Part shown: one piece after another, positions 24,012 through 34,763 of the stretch
How the letters are laid out: each line of letters starts with the position of its first letter
Numbering within the stretch: the stretch's first letter is position 1
IMG/VR virus record: IMGVR_UViG_3300046678_000067
Coordinates: 52,827-116,826 of that record
DNA: 64,000 nucleotides
Strand: one strand, 5' to 3'
Source of the DNA: a virus
Lineage: Duplodnaviria > Caudoviricetes
The notes under the pieces: model-generated
Databases searched by the model: none
What the model was told of the DNA's origin: nothing
The model's input: only the letters and a program-made list of their open reading frames with translations
Position numbers and translations under genes: made by a program

Positions 24012-25772
24012 CTACAAGGCCATCCATTGTTCAAACGTCATAGCATAATTTTCGGTTACGTTCATTGTGTGGCCGCCGATATTCCGGCTATACTCCTGAA
24101 CCTCGGGGTCTGCAACTTGGATATAACCAAATGGCAGAATACTTTCCATCGCAATACCGACATTTCTCTTGTAAAGGTCAGTACCGATATTACTACCGCA
24201 ATATTCATTGAAAAGCTCGGTCTTGATAAACCAAGAGAATAGCACCAACGGCATAACCGTATCGTCGTGACACTCATCATCGGCTTCGTAGCTTGCGCCC
24301 TTAGCGATGAATGTGCCCAACTCTTCAATAGTTTCCTGATCCTCAATAATCAGATACTCATTTTCTAGTAGAGTCTTGAGGTTAGAACAACCAATGGATT
24401 TAACCTTCTTGGTAGTCTTTACGCCAGGTAGAGCAGCATTACCCTTACCGCCTTCTCTCAATCCGCCGATGGCTCGCTCAGAGTTAGAGGTGAGAATCAC
24501 GTTCTCATATTCAAGTTCGTAATACAAGATATACGTTACTTGGCCACCAACGTCATTATTGGCTTCTACAAGAACAGGACAACTGCCGTAAGTCATACAT
24601 ATATTTAGAATGGTATGCGGGAACAGCAATGGACTGATATTGTTATTCCTATATTTAGCGGCGATCTTATAGGGATATTCAGTTACATCCAATACTGTAC
24701 ATACCGAATAATCTTGACCTAGACCACCAGCAGGATCAGAAATAGCAAGATATTTGCGATTTTCTTCCGGGTCAAATTCTTTATATACCTTGAAAGATTC
24801 ATCTTCAGATTCCTTAATAGCGTTGATCCACTGCATTCTTTCCAATACTTCAGTTGGAACTAACGTACCTGAAGAGCCTTGGAACTTACAAGCAAACTCT
24901 TGTGCAAATCTAGAGTAACCGATGTTAGCAATAGTTTCTTCTTTCCAACGTTCGTCGCGCTTAGGATGAGCATCCCAAATTACTTCAAGTCGTGTATAGA
25001 AGTTGCGATCAGCCATCGAATCTCGCCAGAGCATATAGAACATACCACGAGCACCACGAGGCGTTGTCGTCATGATAACGCGTGATTCCTTACCAGATGT
25101 AATAACCGGGTAAGTTGATTCGTAGAATGTCAAGTCGTTTTCGATGAAAGCAGCTTCGTCAATATAACAAAGATCGACAGAACGGCCGCGAATACCAGAA
25201 GCTGAAGTTGCCGCCGAGAAGATGATCGAACCGTTGTCGAATTCGATACGACGCTTGTTGTATACCTTGACGCCGTGTTGTAGGAAGAAAGGCAAGTATT
25301 CGAAAGCCATACGAATACGGTCCATAATTTCCTGAGCCTGTTCACCCTTGTTAGCAAGAACCGCAATGGTCTTAGTCGGGTGGAAAATAGCAAACCAAAG
25401 AATGAAGGCGGCCATCGCAGCAGTCTTACCCATCTGACGTGCAGTAAGGGTTAGACTGAAACGATTCTCCGCATACATCTTGATCATTTCTTTCTGATAA
25501 TCGAATAGCTTGAAAGGAATGATACCGTCATCTAGAGAAACAATACGACAATAGTTCTCGATGAAGTAAATTGGATCTTGTTCGCACTTAGCCGCTTCGA
25601 TGATGTGTTCCATCGAAAGCTCAGACTTTACGAACGCTTTCTTGATTAGAATGTTACCGTTGTAAGTGTCCTTATACGGCAGCATGATATCATCAACCGG
25701 AAAAGGATGACCCGCGCCATCCTTATACGGAGCAAATTGAACTGCTTTCTTCTCAAACATCAATAACCTCAT
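24012..25772 (-). CDS. gp17: Terminase large subunit gp17
   Basis: ARQMGKT, YIDEAAF, TTTPRG, FAQEF, HDDTVM; no intein seen. Confidence 0.97.
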   Translation of the reverse strand: MRLLMFEKKAVQFAPYKDGAGHPFPVDDIMLPYKDTYNGNILIKKAFVKSELSMEHIIEAAKCEQDPIYFIENYCRIVSLDDGIIPFKLFDYQKEMIKMYAENRFSLTLTARQMGKTAAMAAFILWFAIFHPTKTIAVLANKGEQAQEIMDRIRMAFEYLPFFLQHGVKVYNKRRIEFDNGSIIFSAATSASGIRGRSVDLCYIDEAAFIENDLTFYESTYPVITSGKESRVIMTTTPRGARGMFYMLWRDSMADRNFYTRLEVIWDAHPKRDERWKEETIANIGYSRFAQEFACKFQGSSGTLVPTEVLERMQWINAIKESEDESFKVYKEFDPEENRKYLAISDPAGGLGQDYSVCTVLDVTEYPYKIAAKYRNNNISPLLFPHTILNICMTYGSCPVLVEANNDVGGQVTYILYYELEYENVILTSNSERAIGGLREGGKGNAALPGVKTTKKVKSIGCSNLKTLLENEYLIIEDQETIEELGTFIAKGASYEADDECHDDTVMPLVLFSWFIKTELFNEYCGSNIGTDLYKRNVGIAMESILPFGYIQVADPEVQEYSRNIGGHTMNVTENYAMTFEQWMAL

Positions 25773-26328
25773 CTACTGGTTGTACTGCTTGAGGAGGATT
25801 TTCCTTAAGCATTTTCAACACTTCTGATAGAGAAGCATTGGTTGTGATGTTAGTTACATTGTTCTGCGTAACACTACCTGCGGCCTTTTCAGCTGCTGCT
25901 CTCGCTGCTTTCTCTGCCGAAATTTCCTTGTAGATTTTCTGCATCTCAAGCAAGTCTTTAGATAGGCCGCGCATCGTAGTTGCTAGCTCATTAAAGACAG
26001 TATAAGCCTTTGGGTGCTGAGTCTCAATAGCTACGCTTAGGGCACCTTCAAGAGCACTGCCTGCCATATCAATCAAGGTATGGGTAATGTTTCTTGAAGT
26101 GATGTAGTCGTCCCGAATATCTGAATTCTCAGTTTCAGGAACAGACGTAGCAATCTCTTTTGGTTTAAACGGGATGACCGCTCCCCCGTTTCCACCGCTT
26201 CCCGGATGACCGCCAATCACACCATCTTCATCAATATCAAATTCTGTACTTGGGCTACGTTTGATCTCAACGCCGCGAGATTCCAACATACCCAAGGTAT
26301 CTTTTAACCTATCGGACATTGTAGTCAT
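25753..26328 (-). CDS. gp16: Terminase small subunit gp16
   Basis: DDY..SR, HPKAYTVF; upstream of gp17. Confidence 0.85.
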   Translation of the reverse strand: MTTMSDRLKDTLGMLESRGVEIKRSPSTEFDIDEDGVIGGHPGSGGNGGAVIPFKPKEIATSVPETENSDIRDDYITSRNITHTLIDMAGSALEGALSVAIETQHPKAYTVFNELATTMRGLSKDLLEMQKIYKEISAEKAARAAAEKAAGSVTQNNVTNITTNASLSEVLKMLKENPPQAVQPVDEVIDV

Positions 26329-26340
26329 TTTTATTCCTTA

Positions 26341-27120
26341 TTATATGAGGTTTTCCGTAAACAAACTGAATTTGTCTAGGTTATCTCGAACTCCTTGAAT
26401 CGGAGTCTGGTCTGTAATTACATCAGTTTCCATAACGTAGGCATCAGGCCACAACGCTTTCTGGATATCAACTTCACGAATCACTAGGCTAGATTGGGTT
26501 TTCTTATAGAGATAGCCCTTCAACTCAAACGTGATCTTATATTCAATAAGACGCGTTTGCATTTCTTCGTTATAGTCATCATGCATATCAATCTCTTCAA
26601 TAGAAATGATGATGTCCTGTTCTACAGCAACTCCTGTCGTATCCTGAATAGTCACAGACAAATTACCATCGAACGCTGGAATAACTTGCTCAACGATCTG
26701 TAGCATGTCATCCATATTCTTAGTTCTGATGGTCAGGTCGAATAGGAAGTTGTATGGGATTCGGTTAAACTGGAACTGTTTCTGACCGGTTGAATCTAGA
26801 GTCGTGTTAACAATTCTATTCATCGGGTTGGTCTTTCTACTTACATCCTTGTAGATATTATCCAGGTTAAACGCCATTGCTGGAAGAATACGACTAATCT
26901 GCTTCTGTTCTCTGATGGCTGGATCTTGCGAAGCCTTCAAATACATATTACCGGCAGCATACTGAATCGGCACCTTAACGGTATCTTGTTTAGTACCGTC
27001 AGCGGACGTTCTCTGAATATATACATCAGAGAAGATCGTCCCAAATAGTGCCACATAACGACGAACAGATGCGTGATAGAAGAAGTTGTCCAGACCAAAA
27101 ATAGCAGCGGTATCACTCAT
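26341..27120 (-). CDS. gp15: Tail terminator/sheath stabiliser gp15
   Basis: FYHASVRRYVALFGTIFS, KVPIQYA, LQIVEQVIPAF. Confidence 0.93.
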   Translation of the reverse strand: MSDTAAIFGLDNFFYHASVRRYVALFGTIFSDVYIQRTSADGTKQDTVKVPIQYAAGNMYLKASQDPAIREQKQISRILPAMAFNLDNIYKDVSRKTNPMNRIVNTTLDSTGQKQFQFNRIPYNFLFDLTIRTKNMDDMLQIVEQVIPAFDGNLSVTIQDTTGVAVEQDIIISIEEIDMHDDYNEEMQTRLIEYKITFELKGYLYKKTQSSLVIREVDIQKALWPDAYVMETDVITDQTPIQGVRDNLDKFSLFTENLI

Positions 27121-27128
27121 TTATCACC

Positions 27129-27791
27129 TCAAAATCCAAACGTGTCTGTGGACGGCTGAACATCATAAGGAGCAAAAGCCTCTTGAATGTGTCCATTCTC
27201 ATCAATCTCTTCACCAGGACCGACTTCCAATAGACGTTTCAATCCTGCATCATCCAAATCTGTAACGGTTGAATACGTAGAGAAATCGCTTTCCGGGTTG
27301 TTGATTTCTTCGTGGCTGTATTCGAATAGCTTACAAACCAAACGGTAAGTGTAGTTACGGCCCATCTGATAATACTTAAGATCCATCTTCACCTTAGTGA
27401 TTTCCCAAAGGGAATCAGAGAAAGGAAGATAGATCAAATCACCTTCTCTTGGTCGTTCAACTTCAGTCGCTTCTTTATTGCTTGTAACTTCCAAGCGGAA
27501 TTTCCTAACTCCGACTTGGAAGATAGAAGAGTCAACCTTGTTAATACCAAACTCATCGAATACATCACCGTTGCCGTTAAAGTGTTCAACTGACTCCACG
27601 AACATCGGCAACTCATATCCTTGTTTAAAGTCAGACATAGTTGATTCGCCAAATAGCTCATCGGGGTTCAGCAGGTCACGTAGAATATAACGGACTTGTA
27701 CCCCGCGTTGCTCGATTGCCTCTTCAATCAGATTAGCAACCAAATCTTGCTCGTTGGGCCGTTTGTACTGCCCCATAATATTCATAGCCAT
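27129..27791 (-). CDS. gp14: Neck protein gp14
   Basis: EQDLVANLIEEAI, RPREGDLIYLP, FEYSHE. Confidence 0.93.
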   Translation of the reverse strand: MAMNIMGQYKRPNEQDLVANLIEEAIEQRGVQVRYILRDLLNPDELFGESTMSDFKQGYELPMFVESVEHFNGNGDVFDEFGINKVDSSIFQVGVRKFRLEVTSNKEATEVERPREGDLIYLPFSDSLWEITKVKMDLKYYQMGRNYTYRLVCKLFEYSHEEINNPESDFSTYSTVTDLDDAGLKRLLEVGPGEEIDENGHIQEAFAPYDVQPSTDTFGF

Positions 27792-27819
27792 GCTGAATCT
27801 CCTTGCGTATATCTATTAT

Positions 27820-28074
27820 TTAGGAAGCAACAGCCACATCGGTCGAGAACACTCTCCAAGCTCCGTGACTAAAATACACAGGAACCCCGGTGCCTTGACC
27901 TGCTAGTTCACCAGCCTTTCTTCCGTTGGAAGCGAATGCAATTGTGCCTTCAGTCGGCACCGGCGAACTCGGTAGATTGGCTACGGTATAAGAACCAGAG
28001 TTGTCGATTTTATTCTTGATTGAAGATAGAATAAGGTCAATCTCTTGACCACTGTAAATTGATCTATAGCTCAT
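27820..28074 (-). CDS. Small virion protein
   Basis: ORF between gp13 and gp14. Confidence 0.6.
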   Translation of the reverse strand: MSYRSIYSGQEIDLILSSIKNKIDNSGSYTVANLPSSPVPTEGTIAFASNGRKAGELAGQGTGVPVYFSHGAWRVFSTDVAVAS

Positions 28075-28078
28075 ATCA

Positions 28079-28849
28079 TTAGCCCATGAAGAAGTCCATC
28101 GGACTTGAATTTAGCATTTCTCTTGTTGCTCCATCCCACTCGCTCTTACCTTCTTCATACAACTTCTGGCCGTCTAGCGCAACCCCGCCTGGAAGGATAA
28201 CCTGACCGAACTTCTTCAGAACATTACCCCAAAGAACCTTACACTCAGCCGTAGCCAGTTGTAGAAGTAGTTCATCGTCCCATAGGTCAGCAGAGGCGAT
28301 TACCTTAGAAGGATCGATACCAACGTCAGCCGCTTCAGGATCGACGTTCTCATATACGCGCAAGGCGATTGTTCCGCCAGACACTAGATCGAAGTTAGGG
28401 ATGAGACGGCGCTGATAGCGGACGAATTCAAACGAGAATGGTGATTGAATAATACTCATAGTATTCTCTAGGCGCTGACGCAACGTAACGAAGTCCACTA
28501 GGGAAACGTTGTTGAATCGCATACCTGCCATGAATGTTTCGCGGGTCATCTGATACTCTGCGGTAGCAAATGATAGATCGCTGAGGGTATTACCCGCTTG
28601 AATTACCTCAACCACCGCATCGATTGTGCGAGGGATGGGGATATAACCGTTGGTCACATCCTGGTCAGTAATTGTGTAAGTATAGTGATTCTCAAAAGAG
28701 CCGTATGGGCTATATTTGAAGAAGTGACGTAGGGACGTATCAATCGCCATATCAATATGTTCGTCGGAAAGATCGACGTTGATATATGGGTGACCCAACC
28801 CTAGTAGAATTTTGTGCTTTAGCTCTGCACGAGACTGTACACGCTTCAT
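28079..28849 (-). CDS. gp13: Neck protein gp13
   Basis: LGHPYINVD, WGNVLKKF..LPGGVALDG, PMDFFMG. Confidence 0.93.
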   Translation of the reverse strand: MKRVQSRAELKHKILLGLGHPYINVDLSDEHIDMAIDTSLRHFFKYSPYGSFENHYTYTITDQDVTNGYIPIPRTIDAVVEVIQAGNTLSDLSFATAEYQMTRETFMAGMRFNNVSLVDFVTLRQRLENTMSIIQSPFSFEFVRYQRRLIPNFDLVSGGTIALRVYENVDPEAADVGIDPSKVIASADLWDDELLLQLATAECKVLWGNVLKKFGQVILPGGVALDGQKLYEEGKSEWDGATREMLNSSPMDFFMG

Positions 28850-28850
28850 A

Positions 28851-29057
28851 TTACTTCCTTTCTGTCAATAGCTGTAGAATAGTTGCTAGTGTGTTATTGA
28901 TATTAGCAACTTCATTTTCTAGCCTATCCAGCCTATTGCGATTCTCCATAATAGACTTACGTTTGGCGATGTATGATTGGTATGCATCTTGGTTGACGTT
29001 CTGGATGACCCCGTAGGTCGTTCTGGCCAAATCTGGCTCGCCTTCAACTCTAAGCAT
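28851..29057 (-). CDS. Small coiled-coil protein
   Basis: GGAG SD; usual position after VrlC-like gene. Confidence 0.65.
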   Translation of the reverse strand: MLRVEGEPDLARTTYGVIQNVNQDAYQSYIAKRKSIMENRNRLDRLENEVANINNTLATILQLLTERK

Positions 29058-29115
29058 TTGAATTTCTCCTGTGGAAATAGGGACTAGGTTTTCACCTAGT
29101 CCCTTATTCTCTTAT

Positions 29116-32100
29116 TTAAGCAAAAGCAAGCGCTCTAATATCAGCTAGAGCGGGAGGGGTATTATTGCTTCCCAGCAACTCCACCTTTAGCTTAAAGCCG
29201 ACAAAAGTACCGTCATAGTCATATTCGTATTCAACGAAGTTTTGACTGTTAGAGATCGGAGTAGTCGGGTTCAACTTCACCCAAGCCGTAGCAGCAACGT
29301 TCTGGTCCGTAGAATCAATTTCCTTGATATAGAAATTCATCTGAGAAGAACCGGGCAACTGCGCACCAACGAAGAATCTAGCGTGGTTGGTCGGGTTATT
29401 GAACAAGATATTCTGTGATACATAGTTGAAAATCTTCTTCGTAGAGTCAACCCGCAAGCTAATGACGATAGCGTTGATACCAGAACTTTCGATACAAGGA
29501 GACAAGTTATCCTTTGTTGTGGACATCGTTGCTCTGTACTGGAAGTCACTAGCTGCTCTCACAACCCCTTCAGACGGCAAGGTTACGTTATCGCCCGGAT
29601 TGAACTTAATCCAACCAGACTTAACGCGAGTAGCTTGAGAGGTGTACTGATATTCCCAAGTGATGCTAGAACCATCCGGTACGAACGTATCAACGTTTCC
29701 GCTGAAGATGTTGAACGGGAAGTTAGCTGCAAGGGTCATCGCACTACCGCCAATCGAGCCAGTAGCATTCGCTGTCGTCGGAGCCTGGATCGTGAACGTA
29801 TCCACATCAGACAACAAGACAGTAAATTGCACGCCGTTGATACCTGAAGCGTTGATGTTATTGCCCGTTACCAATCCGTTGATAGTTACCTTATCGCCAG
29901 GAACCAAACCGTGAGATTGTTTAGTCACAACCAAGTTATTAGAGCCGCTGGTTGTAGCAACTGCGTTGAACGTCAGCGGAGTAACCATAGGAGCAGCGTT
30001 ATCAAACACTACCACACCCGGATTTACCGTTGAGAATACCGCGCGATACACATCAAACTTCAAGTCAGCCGTCTGATCAGGCGTCCACGTAGAGCTATTT
30101 GAAGACGTCAGGAATACGCCAGTATAGGCTTGCTTAGAAAGCGCCATCGGTTGACCAATAACATCTTGTCCTTGGCGTGCAATATACACGTTATAGGATT
30201 GAGTATCAGCGGTCAATACTAGAGCATATTCAGAACCTTCTTGTAGATACACCGGATCATCAAAGATGAATGCCGTAGGAACCGAACCATCACCAGACGT
30301 GTTAACTTGGCTAGGAAGCAACGTTTTCGAAGCTAGAACTGTAGAACTCGGTAGACCTGAGCTAGCAGTTCTCAATTCCAATGTTACCGGAATCGTACTA
30401 GACTTAGTTGCGAAGTAGATGTTGATTCTAGTTGCGAACGAGCCACCCTTAGAAGGCATCATGAACGTTTGGGCAATCGGGTCAATATATCGAACTTGAC
30501 CAGTCTGAACCGCTACTGTCGATGCAGTCAATACCTTAGTGTTAGTAACCGTAATCTGACGACCTTCAGCAATACCACCAGAACTGAACGTGGTAGAACC
30601 TGAAGAGGTCACAACGTTAGGATCAGTGCCGTTGTTAGGATCATCCGATACTGCGAACACCGAGGTGCCAACCGGGAATCTTACATTAGCGTTACACGGA
30701 ACCAAATATACCCCAACCAACGAACCGTTAGCATCAGTCACTAGCGCATCACCGTAGTTACCGTATTGAGGCTTACAGTAAGCAGAAATCGCCACGTTAT
30801 CGAAGAACGGATACATTCTTGTGTATGGTCGGAATCCAGTACAAGTGAATGTAATAGGAATCGAACGCATAAACGGAATCAACGACGTAGAGACCATATT
30901 GTCGGTTTGCGTGCTGAAGTCCTGAGTGTATGTCGTAGTTTGGTATTGGTACAGATAACTAACCATCTGGGACTTTTTCCAGTCCTTGTGACCACCCAAC
31001 ATATCCCGAGTCACGTGCTGCCAAGAACCCCAGAAAGTACCTTGAGGTTGACCGCCCGTATAATCAAGCGTGTTGTTAATGATGATCGGTTGGTTGTAAT
31101 AAACGTCCGTCCAATAATCTCTATCTGGCGTTAGTGCAATACTACCAACCCAAGCATATACCGCATACGGATTGATATTGATCGTCGTCGTCGCATACGG
31201 TTGAGAAACCGCAGCTGCTTCAGAGTACGATTGCAAAAATACCTTGCTAGGCTTAACTGCGGCAGAAACCGCGCTAACATATAGATCAACACCGTTTTCA
31301 GCAAAAGACGGATTCAACTGACCTACATTCACATCCATTGAAGCTGACCACTCAGGCGAATTAGCATCAGCCATTGCGAAGTTCGTAAACCCATCCGCTG
31401 CGAAACCATTCTTGAAACGGTTTAGTCCGGTTGTAGGATCCAGAACCTCAACATTGTTAGCCTTATTCTCTAGAGAGGATAGCGACGTGTAATATTCAAC
31501 GTTGGCAATACGCGTTTCCAGAGCACCAATATCTCGCATAGTGTAGCGGCGATTATCAACCGACTTGATAGAAACGTCAGCCGTGCTTGCCGTGTATGCG
31601 TTTAGATAAAGCTCATACAACTTCATCGAGTCTTGCGGTACATCAGGAACCACAGGGCTCAGGCTAGGAATACCGCGAACATCTTTGAACTCACCCTTCG
31701 AGTTAACAACAATGATGTCTGCACGAGGCAAGTAATACGTGATATCCGCACGGATCGTTGAGCTAGGCTGAATGACTTCGCCGTAGACCGTAGATGACGT
31801 AAAGTTACCGCTTGCATCCTTACGCGGACGGAAGTCAATATAGTCGCCTAGATTGTTACCGTTGTAGGTAGGAAGCTGATTACGCGTCATACCGCTATAG
31901 GAGTCAATCGAGAAGTAATCGCCAGCCGAATGCGAGAAGTACTGATACGTGACCTTAAGCGTAGCAATTACCAACTGACCGTCAGCACGAATCAACTTAC
32001 CGCTTTCGTACCAGTTATCGCGCTGTCCGTTGTCGAAAGTATATTGTGCCGTAACGTCTGCACCAGTCGTATTATCAACAATCGATACGATCTGATAGAT

Positions 32101-33927
32101 GTCGGAGTTAGCCATCGCTTGTTGATTTGTCGTAACGAAGCTGATAAGCTCGTTAGTAACAGTCAACAAAGTCTTTGTCTTCTGAGTCGTTACCGTCTTC
32201 AGGACCGGGGCAATAACCTTGATAGCCTCATTAGCATTACCAATACCTAGTGCGATATTCATGGTCGTGCCAATAATAGTTCCGCCTAGCGTAATAGAAG
32301 CAACAGGGTCAAATAGCGTACCTACGCTGGCCGAGCCAGTCAAACCAACAATATACGAGTTACCGTCAACCGTACCGAAGAACTCATTAGCTCCGCAAGA
32401 TGCAGAAACGTTGCCGTTAGAATCGGTCGTTAGGTTGAATGTACGCAGAACCGTGTATGAAGTATCTCCACCGACACCAGCCTGGAACAAAGACTTAATC
32501 GCGGGAACCGGCAACTTAAACAATAGATTGCTGTTGCTGGTGTTATACAACTGAGCCGGTAGCGTTGCGATATTAGCCGTAAACAAGCTTGACGCGTCTG
32601 TGTACTTGATAGACACAACGTTGGAGATAGCCTTACCCAAGTTCATATTCGTATCGAATACATAAACTCGGTAGTTGGTGCCATCTTTACGCATCGCGCG
32701 GACGCGAGCCGTACCAATTTGTGCGTTACCTGCATCTAGCAATAGAATCTGCTTCTTAATGTCGATATCAGGAATAGACTTTACCGTGTTGACTAGGAAG
32801 TATTGACCGTAGTCCGCATTATAAGCAGCGTTGTTCAGGAATGCAGTATCACGAGCCTTGTCGAATACCACGTTTTGAATACCGATGTTCTCAACGCGAT
32901 AGCCCTTAACATAACCGACACCCGGCTTCATCGCAGCAACTAGCTTAGTCTCATCACCACCGCTCGCAGCATCATAGACACCGCCGTTGTTGCCAACCTT
33001 CAAATCTTCCTTGATATCCATACCGAAAACGTCAACGATGTAGTCGCCGTTGGTTTCATAGGTACGTTGAGCAATAGCTTGTTCAATCAAAGAATAGCTG
33101 GTATAGTCGATAACCGCTGCTAGAGAACCGCCATCGAAACGTGCAATTTCGATGAAGTTGCTATCTACAGCGTTGATGTCTAGGCCCGTTAGCTTTAGGG
33201 TAATCTTTAGACGTTGTGCGCCAGGAGCATTCTGATTAGGGAATCCGGTAGCATTAGAGTACAATGATACATCGTCGGTAGCCGACACTATAGATTCATT
33301 TACCTCAAAACCAACCTTCATAGTGGTTGAGGTGTTGTACTTTGCAACTACGAAGTCTTGATCATCTGTACGAACGAACATACCGCGAACGAAGTAGATA
33401 CCAGCTTGAACCTTCATCCAAGCGCCTTCGCCCAATTCTGTAGGCGTAGCTAGTGCTAGTGCCTGGGCAGTACCGTTGCTTGCGTACGTAAAAATCTGTA
33501 GCTGTTCACCAATCGTGAAAACCTTCTCCTGATTAGTACCAGGGGTTAGCAAGTCGATGAACAATGTAACTGGGTCTGTGCTGTTAGCGTCGAAAGTCTT
33601 AGCGACTTGGAAGATCACGCCTGTATTAACCGACTTGATGTATAGATCAGAAACACCTGAGAAGTCGGTGTAGGCCGAACCAGTATTCAAAGTTAGTTTG
33701 ACGTAATCTTGCGACTCAATAGCCTTGATACCACCCGGAACCACCATCGAACCTTCGGTGAACAGATGCTTACCGATTCTCTCAATCTGAGACTGTAGAA
33801 TCGTTTGGGCCTGAGTCAATTCACGCGCTTGAATGGCATTGCCAGCGTTGAATAGAATCCGGTGATAATTCTTTGTCTCATCGAAGTCATCGAAGATTGG
33901 AGAAATATTAGTGTTTGTCTTTTGCAT
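29116..33927 (-). CDS. Large baseplate-associated structural protein (VrlC/DUF4815-like)
   Basis: PIFDDFD..KNYHRILF, IQARELTQAQTILQ, RRYTMRDIG, NRFKNGF.AD.F, DPIAQTF. Confidence 0.85.
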   Translation of the reverse strand: MQKTNTNISPIFDDFDETKNYHRILFNAGNAIQARELTQAQTILQSQIERIGKHLFTEGSMVVPGGIKAIESQDYVKLTLNTGSAYTDFSGVSDLYIKSVNTGVIFQVAKTFDANSTDPVTLFIDLLTPGTNQEKVFTIGEQLQIFTYASNGTAQALALATPTELGEGAWMKVQAGIYFVRGMFVRTDDQDFVVAKYNTSTTMKVGFEVNESIVSATDDVSLYSNATGFPNQNAPGAQRLKITLKLTGLDINAVDSNFIEIARFDGGSLAAVIDYTSYSLIEQAIAQRTYETNGDYIVDVFGMDIKEDLKVGNNGGVYDAASGGDETKLVAAMKPGVGYVKGYRVENIGIQNVVFDKARDTAFLNNAAYNADYGQYFLVNTVKSIPDIDIKKQILLLDAGNAQIGTARVRAMRKDGTNYRVYVFDTNMNLGKAISNVVSIKYTDASSLFTANIATLPAQLYNTSNSNLLFKLPVPAIKSLFQAGVGGDTSYTVLRTFNLTTDSNGNVSASCGANEFFGTVDGNSYIVGLTGSASVGTLFDPVASITLGGTIIGTTMNIALGIGNANEAIKVIAPVLKTVTTQKTKTLLTVTNELISFVTTNQQAMANSDIYQIVSIVDNTTGADVTAQYTFDNGQRDNWYESGKLIRADGQLVIATLKVTYQYFSHSAGDYFSIDSYSGMTRNQLPTYNGNNLGDYIDFRPRKDASGNFTSSTVYGEVIQPSSTIRADITYYLPRADIIVVNSKGEFKDVRGIPSLSPVVPDVPQDSMKLYELYLNAYTASTADVSIKSVDNRRYTMRDIGALETRIANVEYYTSLSSLENKANNVEVLDPTTGLNRFKNGFAADGFTNFAMADANSPEWSASMDVNVGQLNPSFAENGVDLYVSAVSAAVKPSKVFLQSYSEAAAVSQPYATTTININPYAVYAWVGSIALTPDRDYWTDVYYNQPIIINNTLDYTGGQPQGTFWGSWQHVTRDMLGGHKDWKKSQMVSYLYQYQTTTYTQDFSTQTDNMVSTSLIPFMRSIPITFTCTGFRPYTRMYPFFDNVAISAYCKPQYGNYGDALVTDANGSLVGVYLVPCNANVRFPVGTSVFAVSDDPNNGTDPNVVTSSGSTTFSSGGIAEGRQITVTNTKVLTASTVAVQTGQVRYIDPIAQTFMMPSKGGSFATRINIYFATKSSTIPVTLELRTASSGLPSSTVLASKTLLPSQVNTSGDGSVPTAFIFDDPVYLQEGSEYALVLTADTQSYNVYIARQGQDVIGQPMALSKQAYTGVFLTSSNSSTWTPDQTADLKFDVYRAVFSTVNPGVVVFDNAAPMVTPLTFNAVATTSGSNNLVVTKQSHGLVPGDKVTINGLVTGNNINASGINGVQFTVLLSDVDTFTIQAPTTANATGSIGGSAMTLAANFPFNIFSGNVDTFVPDGSSITWEYQYTSQATRVKSGWIKFNPGDNVTLPSEGVVRAASDFQYRATMSTTKDNLSPCIESSGINAIVISLRVDSTKKIFNYVSQNILFNNPTNHARFFVGAQLPGSSQMNFYIKEIDSTDQNVAATAWVKLNPTTPISNSQNFVEYEYDYDGTFVGFKLKVELLGSNNTPPALADIRALAFA

Positions 33928-34023
33928 ATCCTATTCCTTGGAGGAAAGTGTAATCATATCCGTTCATATAGTTTATTTAGTGGATAACAAAAAGGAGACA
34001 CGAATTAACGTGTCTCCTTTCTT

Positions 34024-34194
34024 TTATGCCGTCGGAGCTTGGGCCGTGTTGACCTGAGCTTGCGCTTCGCTAGTAATTCTACCAATCAAGCTGTTGGATA
34101 GTCTATAAGGCATTTCTTGAAGACCAGACAAGATTAGATTAACATCATCCAACGATAGATTAGACAGCGATAGTACAATTTGTTTATCGGACAT
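34024..34194 (-). CDS. Small hypothetical protein (MSDKQIVLSL..., 56 aa)
   Basis: Own reading: ATG at 34194, TAA at 34024; below ORF-track cutoff. Confidence 0.6.
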   Translation of the reverse strand: MSDKQIVLSLSNLSLDDVNLILSGLQEMPYRLSNSLIGRITSEAQAQVNTAQAPTA

Positions 34195-34223
34195 TACAGA
34201 ATTTCCAAAGGGTTAATATATAG

Positions 34224-34763
34224 TTACTTAGTGAACAGGGATTTAATTCCAGCTAGACTAGGGGTGAAGCAAATCGGAGTACGCCATTCCGGTCCCCAAG
34301 GAGCAGTTTTCCATTGCGGCTTTCCGTCAGCATCTAGACCTAGGAAGTAATTCCAAGCTTTCCAGCCTAGCTTAGTTCCAGTTGCGGTCATGATGTTGAA
34401 ATACTTACCGTCAATAGAATGGGCCTTGAAGCTGGCCGTTCCATCAGAGTTTTTGATATACGAATCCACTACCCATTTAGTAGGGTCGAACGGAATACCG
34501 ATTGCCCAGTAGCAGAATCCATAAGCCGGATTACGCCACAACCACTTAGTACGATTCCACCACTTTGAAGAGGCAGGATCAAATCCAGGATATTTGTCGT
34601 TTACTCCAGCATCTAGCGGAGCATCGAACGTCTGAAACCAGGATAGCCATTTAGGGAGATAACCATCATCCTTACAGAACAATGCAACTAGCGGAGCTAG
34701 AGCATAGGCAAGTCCCGTAAAGATGACGTTAGCAATAGTCAATAGAATATATTTTAGGATCAT
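34224..34763 (-). CDS. Hypothetical membrane-anchored protein of tail-fibre region
   Basis: N-terminal TM; WLSWFQTFD, WLWRNPAYGF. Confidence 0.65.
   Translation of the reverse strand: MILKYILLTIANVIFTGLAYALAPLVALFCKDDGYLPKWLSWFQTFDAPLDAGVNDKYPGFDPASSKWWNRTKWLWRNPAYGFCYWAIGIPFDPTKWVVDSYIKNSDGTASFKAHSIDGKYFNIMTATGTKLGWKAWNYFLGLDADGKPQWKTAPWGPEWRTPICFTPSLAGIKSLFTK

Noticed and set aside
24012-25772. Intein or intron in terminase or other core genes
   Set aside because: gp17, gp20, gp46, gp47 and gp61 have normal lengths, with no splicing or homing-endonuclease motifs.
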